DNA of 64,000 nucleotides. Origin: an uncultured bacterium (GTDB taxonomy: Bacteria > Verrucomicrobiota > Verrucomicrobiia > Limisphaerales > UBA8199). Shown piece after piece: positions 22,408 through 33,415 of this stretch. How positions within the stretch are numbered: the first letter of the stretch is position 1; each line of letters starts with the position of its first letter. The stretch covers positions 160,001 through 224,000 of the forward strand of contig CAVVMW010000021.1 in assembly GCA_963749495.1 (NCBI GenBank), read 5' to 3'. A program made the position numbers and the translations under genes. The notes under the pieces were generated by a model. That model saw nothing but the letters and a program-made list of their open reading frames with translations, did no database searches and was not told the DNA's origin.

Positions 22408-23055
22408 ATGCCGGCTGAGCTGGACCCAGACGCCGCCCTGATGCTTCGCGTCAAGCAGGGCGATGGCGCGGCTTTTGCCGAGTTGGTGGACAAATACAAG
22501 CAGCCGGTGCTCAACCTGGTCTATCGGATGCTCCGCAACGCCACCGAGGCGGAGGACCTGGCCCAGAACGTCTTCTTGCAGGTCTTCCGCTCCGCGCATC
22601 GCTACCAGGTGTCCGCCAGGTTCTCCACCTGGCTGTTCACAATCGCCCGCAACCTCTGCCTCAACGAACTGCGCCGCCGCTCCCGCCACCCGGCCCAATC
22701 CATGGACGCCACGCACCCCGAGCGGGATGACCAACCGCTGCAGCAGTTCGAGGACACAAAGACCTTCTCGCCCACGGAGCGCCTGCTCCAGGGCGAACTG
22801 GAGGAGAAGATCGAACAAGCCGTGGCCGAGTTGCCGGAAAACCAGCGCACCGCCATCCTCCTCTGCCGCCAGGACGAACTGAGCTACGAGGAGATCGCCC
22901 AGGTGCTCGATTGCTCGCTCTCCGCCACCAAGTCCCTAATCCATCGCGGGCGTGAGACACTCAAACAAAAGCTCAAACCCTACCTGCGCACCGGAGGGTG
23001 GAGCGCCCCGGCGGGCCCGGAGAAACCTGGGCGCAAGGGGGGCTTGGGAGCGTGA
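22408..23055 (+). CDS. ECF sigma-70 factor (RpoE/SigW-like)
   Basis: AEDLAQNVFLQVF, FSTWLFTIARNLCLNE, LSYEEIAQVL..S.SATKSLIHRGR. Confidence 0.93.
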   Translation: MPAELDPDAALMLRVKQGDGAAFAELVDKYKQPVLNLVYRMLRNATEAEDLAQNVFLQVFRSAHRYQVSARFSTWLFTIARNLCLNELRRRSRHPAQSMDATHPERDDQPLQQFEDTKTFSPTERLLQGELEEKIEQAVAELPENQRTAILLCRQDELSYEEIAQVLDCSLSATKSLIHRGRETLKQKLKPYLRTGGWSAPAGPEKPGRKGGLGA

Positions 23056-23141
23056 GGGCTTTTACACGGACAAAGTCCCGACTCGCTTGCAACTTTTGTG
23101 TCCGCGCGGTTTTCAACCAATAGAGAAAGTTGTTGAATCTT

Positions 23142-23645
23142 ATGGCAAACGAGCGAACCTGCCCCCAATGGCTCGAGTTGAGTTGGCGGAGGAAACTCAC
23201 GCCGGCCGAACGAGCCGAGTTAGGGGCCTGGCTGGCGGCCCATCCCGAAGCGCAGGCCGACTGGGAGGCCGAGGCCGCCCTCACGGAGGCCCTGGCGCGG
23301 TTGCCCGACGTGGCGGTGCCCAGCAATTTCACGACGCTGGTCCTGGACGCCGCCGGGCGTGAAACCGCCGCCGCCTGGCCCCGGCGCCGGCTTCAATGGC
23401 TGGCGTGGCCTCGCCGCCTGCCCTGGCTGCCGAAGTTGGCCTTCGCCGTCGTTATCCTGGGCGGCAGCGTGCTTTCCTATCACCAGGTCCTGGCCTTTCA
23501 GCGCGCACAACTTGCAAGAAGCCTGGTGACCATTTCCGACGTCGCCACGCTCCCCAGTCCGCTCATCCTGACCAATTTCGAGGCCATCCAGGTTATGAAT
23601 CGGACGCCCCCGGCCGACCTTGAACTGCTGGAGTTGCTCCGATGA
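23142..23645 (+). CDS. Putative membrane anti-sigma factor
   Basis: Follows the ECF gene; single TM segment; VPSNFT motif. Confidence 0.7.
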   Translation: MANERTCPQWLELSWRRKLTPAERAELGAWLAAHPEAQADWEAEAALTEALARLPDVAVPSNFTTLVLDAAGRETAAAWPRRRLQWLAWPRRLPWLPKLAFAVVILGGSVLSYHQVLAFQRAQLARSLVTISDVATLPSPLILTNFEAIQVMNRTPPADLELLELLR

Positions 23646-24724
23646 ACCGATCCGGCTCGCGATCATGGTTGGCAGGCGCCCTGGCCGTGGCGATGGTGGG
23701 GGCGTTGTCGGTTGGGCGGTTCTGCCTCGGCCATTCCTTGCTGGCCGGCTCGGGCACCGCCCAACAGCGCCCGGTCCCCTCGCTCTTCGCTGCGGCCGCC
23801 TCGGCGCCACCCCCTGCTCCCGCCTCGACCGCCGCCACGACCGACCCCACCTACGCCCTCTCCCCCAGGTCGCCTGTGGACACCTTCCGCGACTTGCTGG
23901 CCATGCACCCGACCGAGCGCAAACAGGCCCTCGCCAACCGTCCCCCCGAGGTCCAGAGGGCCCTCCTGGCCAAGGTCCGCGAATATGAATCGCTCAATCC
24001 CACCCTGCGGGAACTGCGCCTCAAGTCCACTGAACTCTACTATTACCTCTGGCCGCTCATGAACACTCCGCCCGCCACCCGCCAGGCCCTCCTGGCCCTG
24101 GTTCCCGAGCGCGACCGCAAGGAAATCCAGAAACGCCTCAAGACCTGGGACGCCTATCCCGGCGGCAAACAACAGGAACTGCTGACCAATGTCCTGGCCC
24201 TCCGTTTCTACGGCGAACTCAAGTCCGGCCCGCCCCCGCTCCCCCCGGTCTCGCCCGCCGAGCAGGAAAAACTCAATCGCGGCGTCCGCCAGTGGCGCGC
24301 CCTCTCCACGGCCCAGCAGCAGAGGCTCGCCACCCGCTTCGACCGGTTCTTCGAACTCTCACCCGACGAGCAACAGAAGGCCGCCAATACCCTGAGCGAG
24401 TCCGAACGCCGCCAGATCGAGAAGACCCTGCGCAACTTCGAAAACCTGTCTGCGGATGACCGCTCCAAGTGCATCCTCGCCTTCCAGAGATTCGCCAGCC
24501 TGAGCCTGGAACAACGCCGGCAATTCCTCAAGAACGCCGAGGCCTGGAAGCTCCTCTCCCCGGAACAGCGGCAGAACTGGTGCAACCTGGTCAACAATCT
24601 GCCCGTGCTGCCTCCCGAACCGCCCGGCCTGAATCCCCCGCCCGCGCCCCCCGACGCGCGTTTCCCCGGTCCGCGCAATCTCCCTCCCTCCTCCCCACCC
24701 CCGCCCCCGGGAACCGATCTCTAA
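23642..24724 (+). CDS. DUF3106-like exported protein
   Basis: Repeated W..LS.EQRQ motifs; Pro-rich tail; ATGA overlap. Confidence 0.75.
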   Translation: MNRSGSRSWLAGALAVAMVGALSVGRFCLGHSLLAGSGTAQQRPVPSLFAAAASAPPPAPASTAATTDPTYALSPRSPVDTFRDLLAMHPTERKQALANRPPEVQRALLAKVREYESLNPTLRELRLKSTELYYYLWPLMNTPPATRQALLALVPERDRKEIQKRLKTWDAYPGGKQQELLTNVLALRFYGELKSGPPPLPPVSPAEQEKLNRGVRQWRALSTAQQQRLATRFDRFFELSPDEQQKAANTLSESERRQIEKTLRNFENLSADDRSKCILAFQRFASLSLEQRRQFLKNAEAWKLLSPEQRQNWCNLVNNLPVLPPEPPGLNPPPAPPDARFPGPRNLPPSSPPPPPGTDL

Positions 24725-24801
24725 GTGGGCGGGTGCAAAGGGAAATGTCACACTGTGAATTGACTTTGGAGAGAATGATCCGCCTTTCCTGCTCTGCCTC
24801 G

Positions 24802-25012
24802 CGGCCCAAAGGGCCGCCAGAACCTAGCCCAGGGCTGAGGCCGCCAGGCCGATGCCCTGGGTTTCGCCACAACCCCGGGCCCCGCGCCCTGAAAGGGCGC
24901 CAGAGACTCTCTGGCGCCCTTTCAGGGCGCGCCTGATCTTCCGGGGGCATGGTCCCAGGGCATCGGCCTGGCGGCCTCAGCCCTGGGCTAGGTTCTGCCG
25001 GCCCTTTGGGCC
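24802..25012. repeat. Long palindromic REP/MITE-like element
   Basis: cggcccaaagggccg..agaacctagcccagggctgaggccg ... cggcctcagccctgggctaggttct..cggccctttgggccg. Confidence 0.85.
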
Positions 25013-25052
25013 GGAGATTCAGAGGCTGCGACGAAGGTCTGCCTGCCACCCT

Positions 25053-26141
25053 ATGAACATGCTCGCCTACAAACACGGTTGGGTGGAAGTCCTGGCGCGG
25101 CTCCGCTCCTTATACGAGCGGCGGGCGATGGATCGCATCTTCGCGACCATGACCGTGCCCAGCGCGGCGCTTCGCAAATTCGCACAGCAGCATCCGAACC
25201 CTGAGTGCGGCTATCCCGACCCTGCTGAGCGGGCCGGGTTCTGGGACGAGTTGCTGGCGGAGCGGATTGTGCTCGAAGACGATTCGCTGCCCAGCGCTTA
25301 CTTGAGCGAGTTGGATCAGGGCCTCTATGGCGGTCTGCTGGGCGGGCAAGTCAGCTTCATGGTCCATCCCGAGATTGGCTGGATTTCTTCAATGGTTCCG
25401 CCGCTGCTCGAGGATTGGTCCGAGTTCGGAGGCCTCCGCTTCGAGGAATCGCACCCCTGGTGGCAACGGTATTGCCGCCAACTGGATGTCTTTGCCGCGC
25501 ACAGTGCCGGCAAGTGGGGCATCAGCCACTTCATCCTCATTGACAACCTGAACTTCGTGTTCGAGTTGATCGGCGCCACCCGGACCTACCTCAGCGTCGA
25601 GGAGCATCCGGACATGGTTGGCCGCGCCGTCGAGTTGGCGTTCGAGCTGAACGTGAAGGTGCAGCAGCGGTTCTTCCAGGCCGTGCCCAGTCTGGAAGGC
25701 GGCACGTTCAGCAACTTCGGGCAGTGGATTCCGGGGCGCATCCTCTCCGAAAGCCTGGACCCCTTTCACATGACGTCGGTGGCCTATTTCGAAAAGTGGG
25801 GGCGCGAGCCGGCCGAGAGGATTCTCGGACAGTTCGACGGCGGCGTCATCCACCTGCACGGCAATGGCCGGCACCTGCTCCGCGCGGCCTCCACCCTCAA
25901 GGGTTTGAAGGCAATCCTGCTGCTGGACGACCGCGGGTTTCCTCGGGCGTTTGAGGCACTAAAGGACCTCCAGCCGCTCGCGGGCGGGGTTCCTTTGTCC
26001 CTGTTTGCCGATTACGCCGCGTTCCAGCAGGGCCTGGACCGGCACGAACTGCCCGGCGGAGTCATCTACCAGGTCCTCAACGTTCCCGACGCCCGTGCTG
26101 CCAACCGCTGCATGGAGGCCGTCCGCGCCTACCGCGCATAG
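25053..26141 (+). CDS. Uroporphyrinogen-decarboxylase/methyltransferase-like TIM-barrel protein (tentative)
   Basis: 362 aa; GVIHLHGNG motif; family recognised only loosely. Confidence 0.55.
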   Translation: MNMLAYKHGWVEVLARLRSLYERRAMDRIFATMTVPSAALRKFAQQHPNPECGYPDPAERAGFWDELLAERIVLEDDSLPSAYLSELDQGLYGGLLGGQVSFMVHPEIGWISSMVPPLLEDWSEFGGLRFEESHPWWQRYCRQLDVFAAHSAGKWGISHFILIDNLNFVFELIGATRTYLSVEEHPDMVGRAVELAFELNVKVQQRFFQAVPSLEGGTFSNFGQWIPGRILSESLDPFHMTSVAYFEKWGREPAERILGQFDGGVIHLHGNGRHLLRAASTLKGLKAILLLDDRGFPRAFEALKDLQPLAGGVPLSLFADYAAFQQGLDRHELPGGVIYQVLNVPDARAANRCMEAVRAYRA

Positions 26142-27865
26142 TCGAGGATCATCGCAGCCAGTTTGACTCGCGCCCGTTCATAGGCGGCCGGAGCCTTGTC
26201 CCATTGGAAAAACGTCTCCGTGAGCGAGCGGACGACTTTCTGCGCCTCGGCGGCCTTGCCCAGGCGGTCGAGGATAGCCAGATACTCATAGTCTTGGATG
26301 GCCTCGCGCAGGGCCTTGAGGCGTATCGTGGGCGCGACACCGTCGTAACCCACGGGGCGGGCCGGATAGACCAGCGAACCTTCGCCGTTGAAAACGATGC
26401 CTTTGCCGCCCTGCTGCGGCTGGCCATTGCCGGTGTAGAAGGGGGCCTGGGTCCAGGGCTGCGCGCTCTGGCCCCAGTAGGACATCCCGCCCCAATAGAG
26501 CAGGCCCTTCATGCCGTCGCGCCACGCCATCCAAGCCGGCACACGGTAGTTGAGCAGAGGGAAATCAATGTGCCACCAGGGCGTGGGCGGCCCTTGGCAG
26601 AGCGCCGTGTAGGTCCAGATGCTCTCGCCCAGCGCTTGCCGCTTGGCCGCGCTCTCCTGCCGGTGCAGCGAGAACAGCGGACACCAGATGTCCACCGCGC
26701 CGTAGAGGTCGCCCCACGCGCTGTCGGCCCCGCCGTAGCCCGGCTCGGTCCAGGGCTGCTCGACCACGAGCACTTTGACCACGGACCCCGCCTCGCGGAC
26801 GGCACGGCCCCACTTTTGCACGTAGCGGTAATCCTCCAGCGTGTTTGGCTCGTCCCTCAGGTAGGTGTAAAAAAGGACGCCGGGCCGGGCGAGGTCCTTG
26901 GCCGCCCGGTCGAAGGCCGCCAGCCACGCGCGCAAGGTGTCGCGCTGCGTTTCCGGATCCTTGACGGCGCTGGAAGGATGCGGGGTCTGCAGCGCATTGA
27001 GGTGATAGCGGTCCACGAACTGCCGCAGGGCCTGCACCTGCCCGGCAGGAATCCGAAACGAGCCGTCCGGCTGTGCCCTGGGTGTGAGCATCTCGCCAGG
27101 CGGCACGGCATTGAAGCGGTGTTCGCACAGCAACTGGGCGCACTGGGCCTCGACCGCCGCCCAATCCGACGGCTCCGGCTCGCCGGCTGCTTTGGCCCGC
27201 TGGCGATAATAATCGCTCAATCGCGGAGAGCCGAACTCCGTCACCAGCGTGGGGGTTTGCGGCAAGGCAAAGTTCCACACCGCCAACGAAATCGGGATCT
27301 CCCGGGCCGTGTTGCCGCCGGCGGTGACGAGATAGGCGCCGCGATACTGCCCCGGCGCGGCGTCGGCGGGGACGTATAGGTCCACCCAAAAACCGTGCGT
27401 TTCATTGGCGGGCAAATCGAAGGGCACCGCCACAAGGCGCGCCCCTTCCAGCTTCCTCCCGGCCACCGGATGCTGGAACGGGATGAGCGGGTCGGGATAC
27501 CAATCCGGTTTGAAGCTCTCATTCCGGTAGGTGCCCGCCTCCAGGTGAAGCTGGTGCTGGCGGTAGAGGCGGGCGTCGGCCCGGCGCAGCACGGCCCCGC
27601 CAGGCCCCTTGAGATCGCCTGCCTCCACACTGACCCCGTTCACCGGCGCGTCCGAGCGGACCAGTATCTGGAAGCTCACCCACTCGTTGCGGGCGGCGCC
27701 CAGTCCGACGGTCGTGCCGGCAGCGGGCATTTCGCTGCGCAGCACGTGCCTGGTTTCGGTCACGGTCCACACCTGGCACTCCGCGCGCGCCACCCCGGCG
27801 AGCGCGAGGGACAGCACAGCGGCAACAAGTGATGAAAGGACGAGTCGGTTCCGGGAGGCATTCAT
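26129..27865 (-). CDS. Exported glycoside-hydrolase-like protein (GH123/DUF4091-like)
   Basis: AARNEWVSFQ, WYPDPLIP, YLRDEP, GLLYW, NGEGSLVYP, TIRLKALREAIQDYEYL. Confidence 0.8.
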   Translation of the reverse strand: MNASRNRLVLSSLVAAVLSLALAGVARAECQVWTVTETRHVLRSEMPAAGTTVGLGAARNEWVSFQILVRSDAPVNGVSVEAGDLKGPGGAVLRRADARLYRQHQLHLEAGTYRNESFKPDWYPDPLIPFQHPVAGRKLEGARLVAVPFDLPANETHGFWVDLYVPADAAPGQYRGAYLVTAGGNTAREIPISLAVWNFALPQTPTLVTEFGSPRLSDYYRQRAKAAGEPEPSDWAAVEAQCAQLLCEHRFNAVPPGEMLTPRAQPDGSFRIPAGQVQALRQFVDRYHLNALQTPHPSSAVKDPETQRDTLRAWLAAFDRAAKDLARPGVLFYTYLRDEPNTLEDYRYVQKWGRAVREAGSVVKVLVVEQPWTEPGYGGADSAWGDLYGAVDIWCPLFSLHRQESAAKRQALGESIWTYTALCQGPPTPWWHIDFPLLNYRVPAWMAWRDGMKGLLYWGGMSYWGQSAQPWTQAPFYTGNGQPQQGGKGIVFNGEGSLVYPARPVGYDGVAPTIRLKALREAIQDYEYLAILDRLGKAAEAQKVVRSLTETFFQWDKAPAAYERARVKLAAMILDYAR

Positions 27866-27973
27866 GCAAGCTCTATACTGCCTGGGAACGATAGGGGGTC
27901 AACCCCATTTGCGGGGGGCGAGAGGCGCGTCCGGGCAGCGCCCCCAACGGCGAGGTGCCAGCACGGAGCGCAA

Positions 27974-28190
27974 CGCGCGCGTCGCGTAGCGACGCAGTGA
28001 AGGTAGCCGTGGACCTCGGTCCACGGTAGCGGGCATGGCAATGGCCGCGCGTCGCGTAGCGACGCCTGACGGCTTGGTGCTGGCAAACGCAATGCGCATT
28101 TCAGGCGTCGCTACGCGACGCGGGTGGATACTGGTCACCGGTCCGTGGACTGAAAGTCCACGGCTACCATCAGACACCGCTACGCGGTGA
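27974..28190. repeat. CGTCGCGTAGCGACG palindromic element
   Basis: Same family as 13495 and 18817. Confidence 0.85.
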
Positions 28191-28318
28191 TTGTCAGTAC
28201 CCGCACGCGCATTCGCGCTGCGCACGTCAACGCCTCCAACGCCGCTGCGATGCGCGCTAATGGCGGCCCCCGGAGATTCCGGCTGACTGGGAACCAGGCC
28301 GGTGCTATCCTGCCGCCC

Positions 28319-29099
28319 ATGCGGACTCGATCTCTGGCCCATAGCTTGCCAAACCCTCTGCGCTTTGCCTGGGTGCTCCTTTTGGGCGCGTTGTGCTGCG
28401 GGCACGCCCTCGGGGAGCTTCGCGTGCCTGCCTTCACCGCTTACCTCGACCCCGACCCTGACGGCGCAAGCGTCAGGCCGTCTTCGGGCATTTCCAACTG
28501 GAAAGGCCCGGCGCTCAAGGTGCTTTGGTTCGGCGAAATCCGGACGGCGGGCAAACTCGAGAGCTCGCTGGTCTTGCGGCTGCCGGCCAACACAGCATCC
28601 AGACTCCGTCTCCACGGTGGCAGGCCAGTCCCGCGAAGCCGCGGCCCAGGGCGACGGGACCGGGCCGGTGACGGTCCGCTTCGGCTCATTCGAGATTGGG
28701 GCGCCGGGTTACCAGCAATTCACGCTCGCATCGCTCAAATGGATGCTCATCTCCAGTTGGCGGGCGCCCAAGGAGGGGGGCTACCTGCGCGGCCTCTACA
28801 GTTTCAGCGAGAATTTCGGCGGCAGCAACGGCCATCTCCGGCGCAAGGCGCTCTATGGCAACCAGTGGGTCCGCACACCCGAGGGCCGCTGGGTGGAGTT
28901 GACCACCGCCACGTTCAGCCACGACCCGACAGGACGGGCCGACCGGTTGGACCGCTTCATGGGGGTCGAGAACGGCCAGTTTTTCCTGTCGCACGGGGGG
29001 TTCACGCCCGGCTTCACCAGGTTCGGAGAGAAGTTCGAGCGGCCGGCGGCCGGCAAAGCGCCATTGGACCTTGTGTTGCCGGAACCGGTGATGAAGTGA
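28319..29099 (+). pseudogene. DUF5077/DUF3472-like protein, frameshifted (about 28612) and apparently short
   Basis: ISSWRAPK.GGYLRGLYSFSENF...RKALYGNQW...FFLSHGGF. Confidence 0.55.
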
Positions 29100-29171
29100 C
29101 GCGGCAACTCTTTTTGGCCGGATGAACGTGACGTTTGTTCTGGAGCCTCTCCCGAAAGCTCTGATTCCGGA

Positions 29172-29250
29172 CCTTTGTCGCAGCCTTTGTCGGCACCTTT
29201 GTCGAGAAATGGCCAACCCGACAAAGGTCTCGACAAAGGCTGCGACGAAG
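29172..29250. repeat. CTTTGTCG/CGACAAAG 12-mer repeat palindrome
   Basis: Three direct units followed by inverted units; second example at 42113-42205. Confidence 0.8.
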
Positions 29251-29290
29251 GTCTCCCACTCGCGGGGTTTTTGGGGGACGGGCTGTATCC

Positions 29291-30212
29291 TCAACACCCG
29301 TCCAGTTGCTCGAGCACGGCGGTCAAGTGGGCCAGGGACTTGACGGCCTGTTCCTCGGTGCCGCACTCGACCGAGAGGGTGCCGCGATAGCCGGCCTGCT
29401 CGCCAGCCCGCCAGGCGCTTCCAGTCGATGACGCCGTCGCCACAAGCGCAACCGACGGCCGTGCCGGTGACCTTGCCCCTTTCGGTCTGGGCCTGCTGGA
29501 CCGAAATGTCTTTGGCGTGAACGTGCACGACCTTATCGAGGACGGCCTCGAGCATAGCGTAAGGGTCTTCGCCGGCAAGGAAGGTGTTGCCGCAATCGAA
29601 ATTGCAGCGGATCCAGGGCGAATCGACCAACTCGAGGATGCGGGGCATCTGCCGAATCCTGGTGGTGAACGGCCCGTGCTGCTCGATGCCCAGGTAGATG
29701 CCGTTCTCCTCGCAGGTCTCCGCGATGGCGCGCAGATTCATCTTCATGATGGCGAAGGCATCCTCCTCGGTCATCCATTTGGGCGGATACATGTTCTCGG
29801 TGATCTGCACGATGGGCGCGCCGACCGCCCGGGCGTAGCGAATGCCGCGCCGCGCGTAAAGCACGCCGAACTCCGGGCTCAGCAGGTCCGAGTGCGACGA
29901 CAATGCGCTGAGCTTGACCCCCGCCTGCTGGCAGAGGTCCCGGATCTCGGCCGGGTCGGTGTCCAGGCTGGTGACGTGGCAGTACTTCCCGATGGACAGC
30001 AGGCACTGGCCCATGAGGAAGCAGGGCTCGACGCACTGGTAGCCCATCTTGCCGGCGGTTTTGATGCCATACTCCAGGCTCTTGTCAGCGTGCCGGACGT
30101 ATTCCAGGTTCAGCCCCAGCGACATCCGCCCGGGCTGAGGCTGGGGATGGAGGGAATCACGGTCCGGGCTCGATGGGCCGGCTGCACAGAGTTGAGGGGA
30201 ATCGTCTGACAT
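29291..30212 (-). CDS. Sugar phosphate isomerase/epimerase (frameshift about 29410; start may be 30125)
   Basis: LGIEQHG, NFDCGN, HVHAKD, GDGVIDW, LSVECG. Confidence 0.88.
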
Positions 30213-30370
30213 AAGTGAGGATTGTTTTTGAGGGTTCAGGCGGCAGGAACAGGGGGCTGCCGGTCTGGTTCGTGGTTCACCATTGCGACCACCACGTTAC
30301 CGGGCGAACCCTGAGGATCAAGTCGAAAATGCACGCGGTCAGTAAAGGCGGACACGGAATCCTGGGCCGC

Positions 30371-30516
30371 CCCCTCACCCCGGCCCTCTCCCCTTCCGAA
30401 GGGGAGAGGGAGCATTCTCGGCAGCGGCTTGAGGAAGCCGAGGCGCCTGGAATTTCCAGAGACTGCCGACGCTTCTCCCTCTCCCCTTCGGAAGGGGAGA
30501 GGGCCGGGGTGAGGGG
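30371..30516. repeat. CCCTCACCCCGGCCCTCTCCC palindromic element
   Basis: Same family as 8610. Confidence 0.85.
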
Positions 30517-30773
30517 TTCGCAGGGGACTCCCCTTCCGCCTTCACTGACCGATTGCGCCGCCCGGGGTTGATTCTTTTCTGCCACCGGCGCAGACTGTGG
30601 AGCATGAGCAAAACCCAAAGAACGACAGGCCTTGCGCTCGGCCTGCTCGCAGCCGGCCTTTTCGCCTCGCCGGGCTGCAAGAAGGCCCAACCGCCGCCGG
30701 CGCCGGGCACGATGCAAATTCCTATAACACTGGCCCGGAGAGTTTGTCTTCCGGGATCGTCCATTGGACCTTT

Positions 30774-31715
30774 GTGAAAGCCGCCGCCCAGCCAGCCGCG
30801 GGCACGACCGGCGGCTCCCTCACCATCTCGGGAGCGGAGCTGGGCCTGGCCATGCTCCTGCACGTGAGCCGGGTGCGCAGCCACGCCGCCAACCGTGTTG
30901 CCTGGCATTCGCACGACGGCTTTGAATTGATCTTCCTGCTCAACGGGGCCGTCACCTACGAATTTGCGGGCCCGCAGACGGTCGAACTGCACGGGGGGCA
31001 GTTCCTGGTCATCCCTCCCGGCCTGGCGCATCGCGGCCGCGACGACGTCCGCTCCCCCTCCACCATCTGCGGACTTGCCTTCCGGCCATCCCCGACCGGC
31101 GGATGGAAGAACACCTCGTTCACTCCCGGCAACGTCGCCCGCCTCTGCGCGACCCTGCGTGAGGCCCGTTGCGCCACCCATCCGTTCAACCCGTCTTTGC
31201 GCTGGCTGGTCCGCCGGTTGATGGAGCAAACGGCAAAATACCCGGCCAGTCCCAACCGCGCCGAGGCCGCCGCCGGCCTGCGCGCGCTGATCTGCGCCGT
31301 GCTGGTCGAGGCCAGGTCCCAGGCGCTGCTGCCGGCGGTAAAGCCCAAGGAATTCGCCGCCGCGCTCATCACTTATCTCCACGGACACTTCCGCGAACCG
31401 GTGCGGGTGCCCGACCTGGTCCGTTACCTGGGATTCAGCCGGGCGCGGATGTTCGACTTGTTCAAGTCGCAAACCGGTCTGACCCCCCACGATTACCTGC
31501 AGCGGTTGCGTGTGGAGGCCGCCCAGGCGCAACTGCAGCAGACCCGCCTGAGCATCACCGAGATCGCTTTGGCCACCGGCTTCAGCTCGTTGCAGCATTT
31601 CAGCACGGTCTTTGCGCGATACACCGGCCTGCCCCCATCGACGTTCCGCCACCAGGGCGGCCTGCGCTCCGAAGCGCCCCCCGCAGCCGGCCTCCCCGCC
31701 CGCGAGCGCCCGTGA
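30774..31715 (+). CDS. AraC-family transcriptional regulator with cupin domain (start uncertain)
   Basis: WHSHDGFEL, IPPGLAH; FKSQTGLTPHDYL...SITEIALATGFSSLQHFSTVF. Confidence 0.9.
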   Translation: MKAAAQPAAGTTGGSLTISGAELGLAMLLHVSRVRSHAANRVAWHSHDGFELIFLLNGAVTYEFAGPQTVELHGGQFLVIPPGLAHRGRDDVRSPSTICGLAFRPSPTGGWKNTSFTPGNVARLCATLREARCATHPFNPSLRWLVRRLMEQTAKYPASPNRAEAAAGLRALICAVLVEARSQALLPAVKPKEFAAALITYLHGHFREPVRVPDLVRYLGFSRARMFDLFKSQTGLTPHDYLQRLRVEAAQAQLQQTRLSITEIALATGFSSLQHFSTVFARYTGLPPSTFRHQGGLRSEAPPAAGLPARERP

Positions 31716-31774
31716 CCGTTGCGGGGGCCTCTGGCCGGTACCACCACGGCAGAGAGAGCGGCGGGTCAGCACCT

Positions 31775-32000
31775 TCATCCCGGAGGGATGGAAGAGGGTA
31801 GCCGGGGGTCCAAGCGAAGCAAGACCCCCGGTTCGGCGCAAGGGGGGCGTCTGCATCCCGGAGGGATGCCAGAAACGGGCGCACCGCACGCCGCGCGGTC
31901 TTCTGGCACCCCGCTCCGGGGTGCAGGACCCTTCAGACCGTCAACCGGGGGTCGCGACGGCGTCGCGACCCCCGGCTACCCTCTAGCAACCCTCCGGGTT
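31775..32000. repeat. Palindromic REP-like element
   Basis: agagggtagccgggggtc ... gacccccggctaccctct arms; catcccggagggatg hairpins. Confidence 0.75.
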
Positions 32001-32110
32001 GCAGCGCATGCGCGCCGGCTCGGTTTGCGTCTCCAACTCCTGTGCCTGTGGTAGTATCGGCCAGAGGCGCTCGACCGCTGCAGGTTTCTGTTCTTGCGCT
32101 TGCTCAAGAC

Positions 32111-32428
32111 CATTGGGGTCATGACTTGTCATTTGGACAATTGGCACTTGACGCCGGGATTCCGCGATGATCCCATTGGCCCATGGCACGCGCGTTGTGC
32201 ATCGAACGGGCGGGCGGGCGGTATCACGTCACCGCCTGCGGCAATGAACGCCAGCACATCTTCCGTGATGGCGCAGACCATTTCCATTTAGCTGGCCGTT
32301 TGCACTACGCGGTAGTGAGCAAAGCCCTCGCCCGCTTTGGCCAGCGCCTCGAAGCCGATCCCCGCCTGCGAGAAGAAATAGCCGCAATCCGGGACCGATT
32401 GTCCAAATGACAAGACATGACCCCAATG
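32111..32428 (+). mobile_element. Miniature internally deleted RAYT/Y1-transposase element with 31-bp inverted repeats
   Basis: cattggggtcatgacttgtcatttggacaat / attgtccaaatgacaagacatgaccccaatg (1 mismatch); ORF 32183-32410 begins MARALCIERAGGRYHVTACGNERQHIFRD. Confidence 0.85.
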
Positions 32429-32497
32429 ACCTGCGCCAATGACCTGCGTGCTCCGCCGAAACCATCGCACCGCCAGCCGGCGCGGCCTCGTCCAGCT

Positions 32498-32959
32498 TTA
32501 GCGGAGCGACTTCGCTCGCTGCCGCCTCTTTAAAACCGCAAGGAACTCACGGTCATCAACAATGCGGATCCCAAAAGGTTTGACCAATTGCAGGAGATGC
32601 CGGTCGCGGCTGATGATGTATGCCGCCCGTGCAGCCAGAGCGCACTCGATGAACTTCTCATCATCCGCATCGGAGCACACCGGCTCGTTCAGCAGGGCCG
32701 GGGCGATGATGGTCGCGCGACCATTCATCCAGTTAAGCCACGGCTGCGGGTCTTGCGGCAGATCCTCCTGCAGCTTTAGCTCCCACGCGGTCTCTGCAAA
32801 CTCCCTAAGGATCGGCTCAGAAACCACAGCTTCGAATTGACGCCGCGCAAATCGCGCCAAACACTCCCTCGCCGAACCTTGCCAAAAAATCGCGGCGACG
32901 AAAACGCTGGTATCAACTACGGCCTTGAGCTTCTCTCGCGCGGGCTCGAACTCGCTCAA
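32498..32959 (-). CDS. PIN-family toxin (start uncertain)
   Basis: AVVDTSVFVAA, CSDADDEKFIECAL, YIISRDRHLL. Confidence 0.9.
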   Translation of the reverse strand: MSEFEPAREKLKAVVDTSVFVAAIFWQGSARECLARFARRQFEAVVSEPILREFAETAWELKLQEDLPQDPQPWLNWMNGRATIIAPALLNEPVCSDADDEKFIECALAARAAYIISRDRHLLQLVKPFGIRIVDDREFLAVLKRRQRAKSLR

Positions 32960-33194
32960 TTGCGGCCTCCACCTGTTTGCGGTTCTTTCGTGTTTCCTCC
33001 GGTCCTGGCCCGCCCGCAGTCTCGATGACCGCGACAAGCTCCTCTTCGGAGGGGGCGTACACCGGGGTGAGCAGGATGTTCTCGCCGGCTTCGGTCACGC
33101 GCAACCGGGTGCCAGCCCTGAGCCGTTTGCTCTTGCGCAAAACCTCGGGCAACGTCAGTTTGCCACCAGCGGTCATCTTTACCGTAGTCGTCAT
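32913..33194 (-). CDS. AbrB/MazE/SpoVT-family antitoxin
   Basis: KMTAGGKLTLPEVLRKSKRLRAGTRL...ILLTP; overlaps the PIN gene. Confidence 0.88.
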   Translation of the reverse strand: MTTTVKMTAGGKLTLPEVLRKSKRLRAGTRLRVTEAGENILLTPVYAPSEEELVAVIETAGGPGPEETRKNRKQVEAAIERVRARAREAQGRS

Positions 33195-33415
33195 GCCCGA
33201 AGATTCGCCTGGCGACAGGCGTCCGTCAAGAGCAGACACCTGGCAAGTCGGCCTCGCCAGACGGCAACGGGCCGGGAGTATTGAGCGCATCTGTCAAGGC
33301 GACCGATTGACCGCATCGCGCAGGGGAATTCCGCACTTGCATGGCAGCGGTTGGTCTGCCGCCAGCCGACGCCGTTTGCTGCAGCTGCAGCGAATCGCAC
33401 GGGGTGAGTGCATTG

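Noticed and set aside
30713..30725. GCAAATTCCTAT upstream of the AraC gene as another motif copy
   Set aside because: Lacks AAGCA, CAGT and leader homology; probably chance.
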